Assembly (NCBI GenBank): GCA_035402785.1
Contig: DAONDW010000001.1
Location: forward strand, 1-49,395
From: Methanothrix sp.
GTDB taxonomy: Archaea > Halobacteriota > Methanosarcinia > Methanotrichales > Methanotrichaceae
Direction of reading: 5' to 3'
Length of the DNA stretch: 49,395 nucleotides
In this document: positions 27,095 to 37,022 of the stretch, in pieces
Layout of the letters: each line of letters opens with the position of its first letter
Numbering within the stretch: position 1 is the first letter of the stretch
Translations under genes and position numbers: made by a program
Notes under the pieces: generated by a model
What the model saw: only the letters and a program-made list of their open reading frames with translations
What the model was told of the DNA's origin: nothing
The model's database searches: none

Positions 27095-27697
27095 ATGGCA
27101 TTCGGAACATTGGCCCCCTTTATTGACCTGATCGAAAAGGGATTTGCGGATAAAAAGAGCCCCAGGACGATAGCAAGAGAATTGGGGCAGCCTGGACTCT
27201 ATTCAACGATCAACCGCTACAAGGCTGCCGTCTGGGACCTGCGGGACCTGGTAGATGAGGCCAAAGAAGTCCGAGCACAGAGGCATGACGATGCAAGAAA
27301 CAAAGCAAAAGATGAAATCGTCAATACGCTCGATGTGGTCAATTTAGGCAAGCTCCGGGCAAAGCAGCTTCTCGATGTGAATTTAGGCGATCTGTTCGCT
27401 GTCTCTGATGGGACTATGCATGCACTCACCCTCGGCTCTGCATCAATCTACTGGCCTATTGGCACACGCATGCTCTTTGATTGCGCTAAATTGGAGCTGG
27501 AGCTTTCCGGGGATGATGCAGAGAGCCGAATGGCTGATGCAATGGAGGAGTGGGAGGACACGAGGCTTGCAATTCTCAAGGCGGTAGAAGATGATCAGGA
27601 GACGAAAAAGAAAATTATCGCTGCCTTGGAAAAAGCGAGACGACCTTCTATACGCCCTGGATCCGGCAATCTGGATAAAAGAGGTCCTGGGGATTAA
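27095..27697 (+). CDS. Putative terminase small subunit
   Basis: N-terminal HTH-like segment (SPRTIARELG...STINRY); helical; directly upstream of the terminase ATPase. Confidence 0.6.
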   Translation: MAFGTLAPFIDLIEKGFADKKSPRTIARELGQPGLYSTINRYKAAVWDLRDLVDEAKEVRAQRHDDARNKAKDEIVNTLDVVNLGKLRAKQLLDVNLGDLFAVSDGTMHALTLGSASIYWPIGTRMLFDCAKLELELSGDDAESRMADAMEEWEDTRLAILKAVEDDQETKKKIIAALEKARRPSIRPGSGNLDKRGPGD

Positions 27698-28385
27698 GCC
27701 GGACCCCTGGCAAGCAGACCTTTTACGAAGCCGCTCTCAGCGTATTATTCTTAACTGCTCTCGCCAGTCCGGCAAGTCTACAATCTGCGCCGCCCTGGGC
27801 CTGCATGAGTCCATTTACAGGCGCCCGTCTTTTGGCATGGCCATAGCACCCAGCCAGGATCAGAGCGGCGAGCTGATGATGAAGTTTGACGAGTTCCGGC
27901 AGGCGGTGGAGCTCTCTTCGGACTATATGGATAGTGACACAAAGCTTGCCGTGAGGTTTGCCAATGGAAACCGATTCATCGCCAGACCCGGCTCGGCCAA
28001 GACCTCCCGCGGAAAATCAGCAGTAACTCTACTCCTCGAAGACGAGGCTGCCTGGGTGGATGACCTCCTCAGAAAAAGCGTCTCACCCATGCTGGCCGTT
28101 TCCGGTGGCCGGTACATCATGATGTCAACGCCCTTTGGAAAAAGAGGCCATTTCTTCGAAACCTGGATGAACGCCAAAAACTGGGAGAAATATGAGATAA
28201 ACGCAGACCAGTGCCCCCGGATCACAGCGGAGTTCCTGCAGCAAGAATTAGACGATGGCATGCCCAGGAGCTTCTGGTTGCAGGAGTATTACAATCAGTT
28301 TATGGATACAGATAACCAGCTCTTTGGATTTGATTTGGTTAAGCAAGCCTTCTCCTCGGAGGTCAAAGTTCTTGAATTCACCTAG
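27591..28385 (+). CDS. terL: Terminase large subunit, ATPase domain (start uncertain)
   Basis: PDPWQ (Q motif), SRQSGKST (Walker A), LLLEDEAA (Walker B), MSTPFG (motif III), QEY. Confidence 0.92.
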   Translation: MIRRRKRKLSLPWKKRDDLLYALDPAIWIKEVLGIKPDPWQADLLRSRSQRIILNCSRQSGKSTICAALGLHESIYRRPSFGMAIAPSQDQSGELMMKFDEFRQAVELSSDYMDSDTKLAVRFANGNRFIARPGSAKTSRGKSAVTLLLEDEAAWVDDLLRKSVSPMLAVSGGRYIMMSTPFGKRGHFFETWMNAKNWEKYEINADQCPRITAEFLQQELDDGMPRSFWLQEYYNQFMDTDNQLFGFDLVKQAFSSEVKVLEFT

Positions 28386-29040
28386 ACATATAGAAAAGCG
28401 TTACCTGGTGGGCCTGGACCTGGGGCAAGCCAACGACTACACCGCTCTCTCCATCCTCAAACAAGAATGGCACCTGCTGCACAATCGCTATGAATATGAG
28501 CTGCAATATCTTGATCGAGTTAGGGGCATGCCGTATCCTGCAATCGTCACAAAAGTTCAGGGCATGCTGAGATCAGAGAATCTGCAGGCGAGCGAACCGC
28601 CTCAGCTCGTAATTGACAAAACTGGCGTAGGGGCACCGGTTTGCGATTTATTCAACCCCAAGTTCATGTCAATGAATGACCGATTTCAAAATAACCTGGT
28701 GGCAATGAATAAATCTGTGATTGAAATCACAATCACACCCGGCCATAATCCTTCTCGTGTAGTGGGTGGCTATCATGTCCCTAAACGCGATCTCGTCTTT
28801 GCATTGCTTGCTATATTCCAGTCGGAGAGGTTGAAGATTGCAGATGCCCTCCCTTTGGCAAAACCGTTAGTTGGTGAGCTAACCAATCTCAAGCTAAAAA
28901 TCAATGCCAATGGACATGATTCTTATTCTGCCTGGCGCGAGACGGAGAATGATGATTTGGTGCTCAGCATGGCCTTGTCGAGCTGGTATGGCGAGTACCG
29001 GTATTCAAGACGCCCGAGGAGAGGAACCGAAAAGAAGTGA
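28372..29040 (+). CDS. terL: Terminase large subunit, RNase H-like nuclease domain, encoded as a separate gene
   Basis: VGLDLGQANDYTA, IDKTGVG, NDDLVLSMAL; own SD GGAGGT at 28358 before TTG 28372. Confidence 0.85.
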   Translation: MNSPRHIEKRYLVGLDLGQANDYTALSILKQEWHLLHNRYEYELQYLDRVRGMPYPAIVTKVQGMLRSENLQASEPPQLVIDKTGVGAPVCDLFNPKFMSMNDRFQNNLVAMNKSVIEITITPGHNPSRVVGGYHVPKRDLVFALLAIFQSERLKIADALPLAKPLVGELTNLKLKINANGHDSYSAWRETENDDLVLSMALSSWYGEYRYSRRPRRGTEKK

Positions 29041-29270
29041 TTTTTATGAGGTGCTTAATTTGCGGAGGCGGGATAGGCAAAGAATTTCCTGTACCGATAG
29101 CGGAATTAAGATTCACGCCTGTTGTGCCATTCCTTCCCGGAGTGACGCAAAATAGGCTGGGGATTACTCTTTTGACAGACAGATTTTGCTGTCAAGAGTG
29201 TTACAAAAAGATCAAACAGAACGACCAACTGATTGTCGAAGAGGCAGGGAAGATATCAAATGCTGTATGA
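29037..29270 (+). CDS. Small zinc-finger protein
   Basis: CLIC...FCCQEC; overlaps both neighbours. Confidence 0.65.
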   Translation: MIFMRCLICGGGIGKEFPVPIAELRFTPVVPFLPGVTQNRLGITLLTDRFCCQECYKKIKQNDQLIVEEAGKISNAV

Positions 29271-30645
29271 TCTGGGCTTTATTGGGGATGGCAAACCCTG
29301 GCCGCCGGGAGACAAAGATGAGGCAGCCAGGATGGCCGAGCATGCGCTCATGAGGCAGATTTATAACGGCCTGCATGACCAGGTTTTCCCGCGCTATGCT
29401 GCTTATCTTGCCGACAAAGCCGAGAACGAGCATAAGCAAGTGATTATCCTGGACTGGGCGAACATCGCAACCACCACCTACCTAAACCTCACATTCGGTG
29501 AACCGATAGAGGTTAAAGCCGATGCCATGAAGGTTATCCCTAAACGTCCAGATGATCAAGTCCTTATTGACTCCAGCCGCTACGGCCACGGGGCCTATGA
29601 GATCTCAGATTCAGGAATAGCGGTTATCAATCCTGAAAATATGTACCTGGTCGTCTCTCCAGCAAATATTCAGGATATAACGCATTTTGTATTATTTGCA
29701 AAGTTTAAACAGAAAAATATTGATGGAAAGGAATGCGAATACATCAAGTTCACGATCCACTCAAAAGGGCAGATCCAACATTTAGTCTTTGAGCTAGCCA
29801 GCTCAAAATTGGTGGGGCCGGTGCCGCTCGGCAGCTTCCCGGCCTTTGCAAGCATAAAGGCTAATGAATTTGGCATACAAAATCCAGAGGTGGATAGTGT
29901 CCTGGTGGTCCATGTGCAAAATCAGCTCTCCAGTGAGCGATATTATGGGCGCTCGGATTACAAGCCATCGATCCTATCTTTAATCGAATCTCTGGAGGTC
30001 TCTTTTGCGGAGCGGGATGAGGTGCAGTCCAAGTTTACTGCGCCCACACCAATTATCCCGGAGAGTGCCACTGTATTTGATCACGGCCTGGGTGAGTGGG
30101 TCTACCGGCCGGGAGAGCCCATATTTACAATGCCCGGAGATGTACCGCCTGGCCTGATGGTCTGGGACGCCCAGCTCGCCCATGTCGAGGCTGCCATTGA
30201 GCAAAAGATGGATCAGCTCTTGCAGATGCTCCAGCTTAGCAAGGTTCTTTTGGCCGGTAAGGACGCCGGTGCTGCGGAATCAGGGACTGCCCTAAAATTC
30301 AGGCTCATTCCCACTCTGGCCCAGGTGGGAAAGTATGCCCGAGCTGCTGAGGAAGCAATACCAAGAGTGCTGAATCTGTGGTCCCAATTGCACCCTCCCA
30401 TTGTGGCAATCAAAGATATTCACGTCAAACTCAAGGATGGAATACCTGAGGACCAGATTGAGACCGCTAAAGCAGCACAACTTTGGGATGCAATGGGCGC
30501 AATCTCATTAGAACGCAAGCTCGAACTGCAGGGCCTAAAAGAAGGCAGCGAAGCTTATGAGATGGAATTGGGCAGACTGCGTGGTGTGAGAGCTGCTCTG
30601 ATTGTACCAAAGAGCAGGCTCCCTCCCCTGGAGCTAAATGGCTAA
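29260..30645 (+). CDS. Portal protein (SPP1 gp6-like)
   Basis: Size and position; YYGRSDY and AESGTALKF motifs; FGEP near the N-terminus. Confidence 0.88.
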   Translation: MLYDLGFIGDGKPWPPGDKDEAARMAEHALMRQIYNGLHDQVFPRYAAYLADKAENEHKQVIILDWANIATTTYLNLTFGEPIEVKADAMKVIPKRPDDQVLIDSSRYGHGAYEISDSGIAVINPENMYLVVSPANIQDITHFVLFAKFKQKNIDGKECEYIKFTIHSKGQIQHLVFELASSKLVGPVPLGSFPAFASIKANEFGIQNPEVDSVLVVHVQNQLSSERYYGRSDYKPSILSLIESLEVSFAERDEVQSKFTAPTPIIPESATVFDHGLGEWVYRPGEPIFTMPGDVPPGLMVWDAQLAHVEAAIEQKMDQLLQMLQLSKVLLAGKDAGAAESGTALKFRLIPTLAQVGKYARAAEEAIPRVLNLWSQLHPPIVAIKDIHVKLKDGIPEDQIETAKAAQLWDAMGAISLERKLELQGLKEGSEAYEMELGRLRGVRAALIVPKSRLPPLELNG

Positions 30646-31420
30646 GCTGACAGTTCAGCAATCCTCATTATCGAGTGCCCAAGCAAAGCGCCTGGTGCAA
30701 ATGTACGAGGGTGCTGAAAAGGATTTGCTAAAAGAGTACAACAGCGCCCTCCTTGCTGCAAACAATCCTCAAAAGCTGGCAGATTTACAACGGAATACAA
30801 ATCTCATCAGGCAAGAAGTCTTGGCCGGAAGTCGCATCTGGTGTGATGAGGCAATCGAAATGCTCTTTGATCTCGCTGCCTCTGAAGTTGACAAGTCCCT
30901 GGGCAGCAAAGAAGCCACACCACAGTTTCAGAAAGCCAAAGAAATCCTGGCGGACAATGCTTTTGAGAGCTTCGTGGAAGTCGATTCGGTTATCAAGCGC
31001 CGAGTGGAGCAGGTTATTAGACTTCTTTCCATGGAGCAACTCAAAGGCGAATTATCGGCACGCGACACATTGGAACAGGTGGCCCAGGCTCAGAAAGAAA
31101 AGCTGGCTGAACAGGGGATAACCGGATTCAGAGATGCAGCCGGGAAACAGTGGAATATTGTAAGCTACGTAGAAATGCTGGGGCAACTGGTGACAAGAGA
31201 GGCCATGATTGAGGGAACTGAGATCAGAGCCCTCGAACATGAGCAGGATTTGGTGCAGATTACCGACGAATACACCAGCTATACCTGCAAAAATTGCCTG
31301 GATTGGAAAGGGCAGATCGTGAGCCTGACAGGCAAGACACCAGGCTATCCTACTCTGGATGATGCCAGGGCGGGGGGCATATTTCATCCCAATTGCATCC
31401 ACAACATCGTGATCTTGTAA
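30638..31420 (+). CDS. Minor capsid / head morphogenesis protein (MuF-like)
   Basis: GITGFRDAAGKQW...C..C..W.G...GYPTL..A...GIFHPNCIH. Confidence 0.88.
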   Translation: MAKLTVQQSSLSSAQAKRLVQMYEGAEKDLLKEYNSALLAANNPQKLADLQRNTNLIRQEVLAGSRIWCDEAIEMLFDLAASEVDKSLGSKEATPQFQKAKEILADNAFESFVEVDSVIKRRVEQVIRLLSMEQLKGELSARDTLEQVAQAQKEKLAEQGITGFRDAAGKQWNIVSYVEMLGQLVTREAMIEGTEIRALEHEQDLVQITDEYTSYTCKNCLDWKGQIVSLTGKTPGYPTLDDARAGGIFHPNCIHNIVIL

Positions 31421-31502
31421 GCCTCAATTTTCGAATCATCAATTCTATTTTTTTCGTTGGTAAAGACAGTGAATACGACAAGTTAGGAACGGAGAAAATC
31501 CA

Positions 31503-32225
31503 ATGGGAAATGAAGGAAACGCAGGAGAAGGCCAGGGTGGCCAGGGTCAAGGAACAGCTCAAGGCTCAGGTCAGGGTGCAGGTCAAGAAGGGGGCCAGGG
31601 CTCTGGTCAGAGTGGCCAGGGTCAAGGAACAGTACAAGGTGCAGGACAGGGAGGCCAGGGAGACCTGGGCCAGGGTTCTGGTCAAGGTTCAGGGCAAGAA
31701 AGCAATCAGCAAAAAGAGGCTAACATGAGTTTAGCTGACATCGAAACCGCGCTCGGAATGCCACTCGCAGAAGCAAAGGCTCTCCTGTCAGCCGGCAAGA
31801 AGCCCAAAGAGGAGCCGAAGGGTGAGACGCTAAAGGGTGCGGAACTGGAACTGGCCAAGATGAAGGCCCTCATGCAGCGCAATGTTCCATCGAGTCAGAT
31901 CCCGGTACTGCTGCAATTCCTGAACATTGCCGGAACGACTTCTGCCGAGATCAACGCCAGCCTTGATGCCCTGGCACAGGCCAAAATGCTGCCTCAGGAA
32001 GGCCAGCAACAGCAAGGCCAGGGGCAGGGCCAGGGGAACGGAGCTGCTCAGGGTGGAGGAAATGCACAGGGAGCTGGTAACCAGGGATTGCAGAATGGAG
32101 GCCAGCAGGGAAAGACAATGTGGACTGCGGCAAAGGTCCGGGAACTTCGCAAGTCTGGAACCGTAACTGCGGAAGTGCTGGCCGATATTAAGCGAGCAGA
32201 GGCAGAAGGCCGGGTAAGAGAATGA
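31503..32225 (+). CDS. Putative capsid scaffolding protein with G/Q-rich tracts
   Basis: Position before the capsid gene; C-terminal ADIKRAEAEGRV helix resembles scaffold capsid-binding tails. Confidence 0.7.
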   Translation: MGNEGNAGEGQGGQGQGTAQGSGQGAGQEGGQGSGQSGQGQGTVQGAGQGGQGDLGQGSGQGSGQESNQQKEANMSLADIETALGMPLAEAKALLSAGKKPKEEPKGETLKGAELELAKMKALMQRNVPSSQIPVLLQFLNIAGTTSAEINASLDALAQAKMLPQEGQQQQGQGQGQGNGAAQGGGNAQGAGNQGLQNGGQQGKTMWTAAKVRELRKSGTVTAEVLADIKRAEAEGRVRE

Positions 32226-32234
32226 GGTGGTACT

Positions 32235-33104
32235 TTGGCTTATGAAGCGTTTAAAGAAGAAGTAGTGGCGTTGGAGGTGCAACACCAATTACAAAAGGTG
32301 TTAGTTTTTGCCCAGGAAGGCGTGGTTAATCACAATTTTGAGGGGTCCGTAAAGTATGCTAAGAGTGTGCGCCTAACCGGCATCGGCGGAGTTACTGTAT
32401 TCGATGTAATTGATAATGTCGATATGCCTGACCCTGAAACCATTGCGGATACGGATACGCATCTGACGATTGATTTCCATAAAGGTTATAACTTCAAGAT
32501 CCCCAGAAAAGATGAAGCGCAAACCAAAATTAACCTGATGGATGAGGTCAACATAGAGGCAGCTTATGCCGTGGCTGATGCAGTAGATTTGGCTGTCGCT
32601 TCTTGTTATGTCGATGCCAGTGCCGCTAATCTGGTGGGCTCGGATGCAGCACCCAAGACTCCTAATGTAACGAAGGGGGACGCCTCCAACGTATTCAAGC
32701 TAATCACGGACTGCGGAACCAAGCTCAAAAAGTCCAAGGTGCCGGCAGCAATGCCCAAGTGGATGATCATACCTCCCGAGATGGAGGCGCTGATTGTAAA
32801 CGACCTGCACGATCAGGGTTCCAGCGCGCCAACGGTGGCAACTCCAGCAATCTTAAACGGCTCGATTGGCCAAATTGGAGGATTTGAGCTGCTAGTATCC
32901 AACAACGTGCCTAACACCAACGGGACACTGAACAAGATCCTGTTCGGAACCAAGCAGGCCATAACCTTCGCATCTCAGGTAGAAGATACTCGTATCCTGC
33001 CGATGGAAAAGCAGTATGCCAGAAAGGTAGACGGGGAGTACGTATTCGGCAGAAAAGTAGTGAAGCCGGCGTGCTTGGGCGTCATGACCTGCAACTTCAG
33101 CTAA
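32235..33104 (+). CDS. Major capsid protein (HK97 fold, P22-coat-like)
   Basis: N..FEG.V...KSVR; NGSIGQIGGFELLVSNNVP; G.YVFG.KVVKP; SD GAGGTG. Confidence 0.9.
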   Translation: MAYEAFKEEVVALEVQHQLQKVLVFAQEGVVNHNFEGSVKYAKSVRLTGIGGVTVFDVIDNVDMPDPETIADTDTHLTIDFHKGYNFKIPRKDEAQTKINLMDEVNIEAAYAVADAVDLAVASCYVDASAANLVGSDAAPKTPNVTKGDASNVFKLITDCGTKLKKSKVPAAMPKWMIIPPEMEALIVNDLHDQGSSAPTVATPAILNGSIGQIGGFELLVSNNVPNTNGTLNKILFGTKQAITFASQVEDTRILPMEKQYARKVDGEYVFGRKVVKPACLGVMTCNFS

Positions 33105-33108
33105 AGAG

Positions 33109-33555
33109 GTGGATAAGATGAATCGGATTCTATATTTTTTGCTGGCCAATGCTCTTCTATTAGCAGGCATGGCAGAGGTACAGGCTACAGATACCGCGCT
33201 CACGGCTGCCGGGACACTAACGGGTGAGAATAGTTATGTCACGACTGCCTATTGGAGTGCTGCACCCACGAGCACGAATACAAAGTATATCGCCTACGAT
33301 AACGCCTACATGTATTTCGTGATTATCAATGCTACAACTGTAGGAACAAGTCCAAAACTGAATATCTTGGCCGGAAATAACCCGCCTGCATTCCGGGCCG
33401 AGATAGGAAACCTGGCCATCCCTCTTACAGTCAACCGCTCGGTCATGTGCGGCCCGTTGGAGTCAGCCCGGTTCCTGAACACTACCAAGTATCTCAAGTT
33501 CTCGACTACAAACGTAACCACGGCCACTATGGCCATTCTGAAGGTGCATCGGTAA
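33109..33555 (+). CDS. Putative capsid decoration protein with an N-terminal signal peptide
   Basis: Follows the capsid gene; AG.NPPA...G.L....GPLESARF motif; hydrophobic N-terminus. Confidence 0.6.
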   Translation: MDKMNRILYFLLANALLLAGMAEVQATDTALTAAGTLTGENSYVTTAYWSAAPTSTNTKYIAYDNAYMYFVIINATTVGTSPKLNILAGNNPPAFRAEIGNLAIPLTVNRSVMCGPLESARFLNTTKYLKFSTTNVTTATMAILKVHR

Positions 33556-33734
33556 TGAGAGTCTTTAACAAGATCGAAAAGACTGTCTGGGAGATCTCAG
33601 ATGAGGGCACTCTCAAGCACCTACAGAAATATCCGGAGAAATATGAGATCGGACCAGCAAAAGGCACAGAAACAACGGGTGGGGTAGGTATCAACACCGC
33701 AGGGTCAGAAAAGCCGGGAAAGTCCGGCAAATAG
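33555..33734 (+). CDS. Small hypothetical virion-region protein (MRVFNKIEK...)
   Basis: TAATG overlap with the upstream stop codon. Confidence 0.65.
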   Translation: MRVFNKIEKTVWEISDEGTLKHLQKYPEKYEIGPAKGTETTGGVGINTAGSEKPGKSGK

Positions 33735-33756
33735 TCTTCTTTTTAAGGAATAATAA

Positions 33757-35763
33757 ATGACAAATATCCAATCGGCTGGTACAGGAAATTGGAAAACAGG
33801 TGGAACCTGGGCAGGTGGAAACGAACCCGCCGCAGGGGATACAGTAGAAATCTTAAATGGACATACTATAACGCTAAACGGCGAGATAAACGCCATCGGA
33901 GCCACGACAATAAGGAGCGGCGGGCAGTTAACAGTTTCCTACCAGATGGTCACGAGCGCCTTCGCAAACATAACTGTAGATAGCGGGGGCAAAATATATG
34001 CATCTCGTTCCTTCTCTAGTCTCCTGCGAGTTAACGGCAAGATCGCATCAAATTCCAGCTATGGGATTGATTATGGTAAATCGGATGATCAGATCAGTAA
34101 TGCAGCCGTAGCCGCTTATATCGAAATTGTGACCGCCTCGGACGTTGAATCATATAATACAAAGGGAATAGTGGGGGGAGCCAACAACTTTCTCACCATG
34201 TACGGGGCAGCTCTAACTGCATCTTCAACATTAGCAGGCTCAGAAGGGACCAGCCCAGAAAACAATGCTTTGGTGTTAACTGATGATATGGCTTTGAGGC
34301 CTAGCGCCACGTTAGCAGATGTCACAAACGGCCTGGCCGATATGATTATACTGGGACAAAACCCAATACTTGGCGTAGGAGCTGGAGCGCAGGGATTACA
34401 GATAGATGCATATCTGGTGGCAGGATACAACACAAGCACAAAAACAGTAACTTTAGGCGATGCCGGTGCAGGACAGTCATACTGGCCGAGGGGAGGCACA
34501 AGTGGAAATGGATATGATGATGTAGATACTACCAGGGCTGCAAATACCCCAGTGTATCGCATCTCATCAAATGTGGGGGTGCGTGGAACTGCTTATAATC
34601 TCAGACCTGCACGACTAATACAAGGAGTTAGTTATGCTGCAACATTCACAAACTGCTCGATCTGGTGGGGTTATTATGGAATCAATGCAGGGAACTTCAC
34701 GTATGAAGGAGTAGTAACAGTCATAGGGTGTAATTATGGTATAGTGTCCGCAACAGCCGGAACAATTAGTGGAACAGTTATATGTGCTGGATGCAATTGT
34801 GCGATCTATGCAATAACTGCAACTATCACAGGTACATTAAAGATCTTTTCTTCTACTTATGGGGTAAATTCTGGTATATTGACCTCAACAGGTACAATAT
34901 CAATTTACGCCTGCACATATGGATGTTACTATGTAGCAACAACTATATCGGGAACATTAAATCTGGTTGGAAATTCTAAAGGCATATACAACGGCAGAAT
35001 AATATGTTATGCGACTGCAACTCTCTACGGCAATAATGTAGGAATTGATCAAGGACAACACGTATTTTGTGGGATAACAACAATATCGAATTCGACTTAT
35101 GGTGTTTCAATAGCGACATGTATATTAAAAGGTCAGAATACGTTTGAGAACAACACCAAAGACATTGTTGATCCTATTAATTGTGCTTGTTATAATGTAA
35201 CTTTCGGATCAGTTGACATAGATTATACCTTAGCAAATCTGCAACAATATTCTTACACCAAATCAGTAGACCATGATGGAGTAGCTGGGGCCTTCAAGGC
35301 AGTCACAAAAGGAGGCAAGGTAGAGAGCACTACAGCAACGAAGCCAACAGGAAAAAACTGGTCTTTAAAACTGCAACCAGTTTCTACAGTTGATCCCGTA
35401 TTTGTAGAAAAACAGCTAACATTAGCACCAGGAGAGGCTTTAACATTAAACATCTGGATACAGAAAGACGCAGCGATGGCTTATCTGCCGTGGGTGGCAA
35501 TAATCGACCCGCAAAACGACACATTATACAATCCAGACGCAGCAGAACTAGACGTTTACACAATGGCAGATAACACAGATTGGCAGACAGACACGTTAAC
35601 CTACACCAACAACACCAGTTATGATAAAGAGATAATTTTAAGGGCAGTAGCAAAGAACGGCAGCGGTAACGTGTATTTCTATTGGGAGAGAGCTATCTCT
35701 TCGGGTGGGTCTGGTGGTGCGTCAGTAGTTGGCAGCTCGATAGTTAAGGCGGTGGTAAATTGA
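33757..35763 (+). CDS. Beta-helix adhesin / putative receptor-binding protein
   Basis: GNW..GGTW.GG..P..GD.V.I..GHTITL N-terminus; G/T/Y/C-rich parallel beta-helix repeats; C-terminal CBM-like beta sandwich. Confidence 0.7.
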   Translation: MTNIQSAGTGNWKTGGTWAGGNEPAAGDTVEILNGHTITLNGEINAIGATTIRSGGQLTVSYQMVTSAFANITVDSGGKIYASRSFSSLLRVNGKIASNSSYGIDYGKSDDQISNAAVAAYIEIVTASDVESYNTKGIVGGANNFLTMYGAALTASSTLAGSEGTSPENNALVLTDDMALRPSATLADVTNGLADMIILGQNPILGVGAGAQGLQIDAYLVAGYNTSTKTVTLGDAGAGQSYWPRGGTSGNGYDDVDTTRAANTPVYRISSNVGVRGTAYNLRPARLIQGVSYAATFTNCSIWWGYYGINAGNFTYEGVVTVIGCNYGIVSATAGTISGTVICAGCNCAIYAITATITGTLKIFSSTYGVNSGILTSTGTISIYACTYGCYYVATTISGTLNLVGNSKGIYNGRIICYATATLYGNNVGIDQGQHVFCGITTISNSTYGVSIATCILKGQNTFENNTKDIVDPINCACYNVTFGSVDIDYTLANLQQYSYTKSVDHDGVAGAFKAVTKGGKVESTTATKPTGKNWSLKLQPVSTVDPVFVEKQLTLAPGEALTLNIWIQKDAAMAYLPWVAIIDPQNDTLYNPDAAELDVYTMADNTDWQTDTLTYTNNTSYDKEIILRAVAKNGSGNVYFYWERAISSGGSGGASVVGSSIVKAVVN

Positions 35764-37022
35764 AAGTATTGAAACCAAGTGGTTCCTATTACGGAGAATT
35801 TTGCACCCAAAGATTTGACACGGGGGCGGCTAATGATGCAGATTCAACACCGACTGCAACTGCAAACAAGAATGGGACAGATGATGGCAGCTTTACGCTG
35901 ACAGTAACAAAGATCGACACCGGGCGCTATAAAATAACCGGCACAGTCCCAAATGGATATTCCGCAGGAGATATTGTTGTGGTAACAGTGGCCGCAACTG
36001 TAAATTCTGTAGCAGGGAAGGGCGTAGTTGATCAATTCCAGGTAGTCACTGCCAGGCCGGGTACTGATGATATCCCAATTGAAGATGCAGTTTTAGCATC
36101 ATCCCAACCGAGTTATGCACCGTCAAAGGCAGGGGATGCAATGACATTAACTGGGGCTTACGATGCAGCAAAGAGCGCCGCCTCTCAGACATCAGTAAAC
36201 ACAGTAGATGGAATAGCAGATGCAATTAAGGCCAAGACCGACAACCTGCCCTCAGATCCAGCAGATGAAAGCCAGCTTGAGGCAGCCATTACAGCAGCTC
36301 ATGCAACCACTAACGGCAAGATCGATGCCGTAGATACAATTATCGATAATATTCACGACACAGACTTACCAGCAGTCAAGAGCGAGACAGCAGCTATCAA
36401 GGCCAAGACTGACAACCTCCCAGCCAGCCCGGCAGCCGTGGGCTCGAAAATGGATATCGTAGATTCGCCATCCTCTACCGGCCTGGGCGCAATTGTCTCA
36501 GCCATCTGGGCCGCACTCACATCCGGAATAACCACAACAGGCAGCATAGGCAAGCTTATCAAGGACTACCTGGATGCAGCAGTCTCCTCCAGGTTGGCAT
36601 CAACAGGCTACATCGCACCCCCTTCTGTAGGTGCAATCGCAGATCAGGTACATGATGAGCTATTGAGCGGGCACACAGCGGCAGGCAGCGCCGGGAAAGC
36701 GTTATCTGACGCAATGGCCCTATCTGTGGCAGCAATCGACGCCCAGCTTTCGGGTACTCATGGAGCTGGAGCCTGGGGTGCATCCGCCGTGGGAACAATT
36801 GCCTATCCTGACCCACTAGATCCTTTCCTGGATGAGAACCGCGATCCAATGAGTGGGGTAAAAATAGAGGCCTTCAGCAACGCAGCCAGGACAGCCTTAG
36901 TGGACGTACAGGTTACAGATGTGAATGGCAACTTCCAGTTCCACCTTAATGCAGGAGAGTATTGGTTCCGGGCTAGCCTATTGCAGCACGTCAGCTATGA
37001 GTGGTCGGAGATGTTAGCATGA
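35760..37022 (+). CDS. Virion fibre/structural protein
   Basis: Duplicated AIKAKTDNLP motif; Ala-rich; C-terminal TDVNGNFQF.L..G.Y prealbumin-like fold. Confidence 0.65.
   Translation: MKVLKPSGSYYGEFCTQRFDTGAANDADSTPTATANKNGTDDGSFTLTVTKIDTGRYKITGTVPNGYSAGDIVVVTVAATVNSVAGKGVVDQFQVVTARPGTDDIPIEDAVLASSQPSYAPSKAGDAMTLTGAYDAAKSAASQTSVNTVDGIADAIKAKTDNLPSDPADESQLEAAITAAHATTNGKIDAVDTIIDNIHDTDLPAVKSETAAIKAKTDNLPASPAAVGSKMDIVDSPSSTGLGAIVSAIWAALTSGITTTGSIGKLIKDYLDAAVSSRLASTGYIAPPSVGAIADQVHDELLSGHTAAGSAGKALSDAMALSVAAIDAQLSGTHGAGAWGASAVGTIAYPDPLDPFLDENRDPMSGVKIEAFSNAARTALVDVQVTDVNGNFQFHLNAGEYWFRASLLQHVSYEWSEMLA

Noticed and set aside
28255-28371. Longer N-terminus for the terminase nuclease, or a programmed frameshift
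   Set aside because: This part overlaps the ATPase gene; a good SD plus TTG exists at 28372 and no clear slippery heptamer is seen
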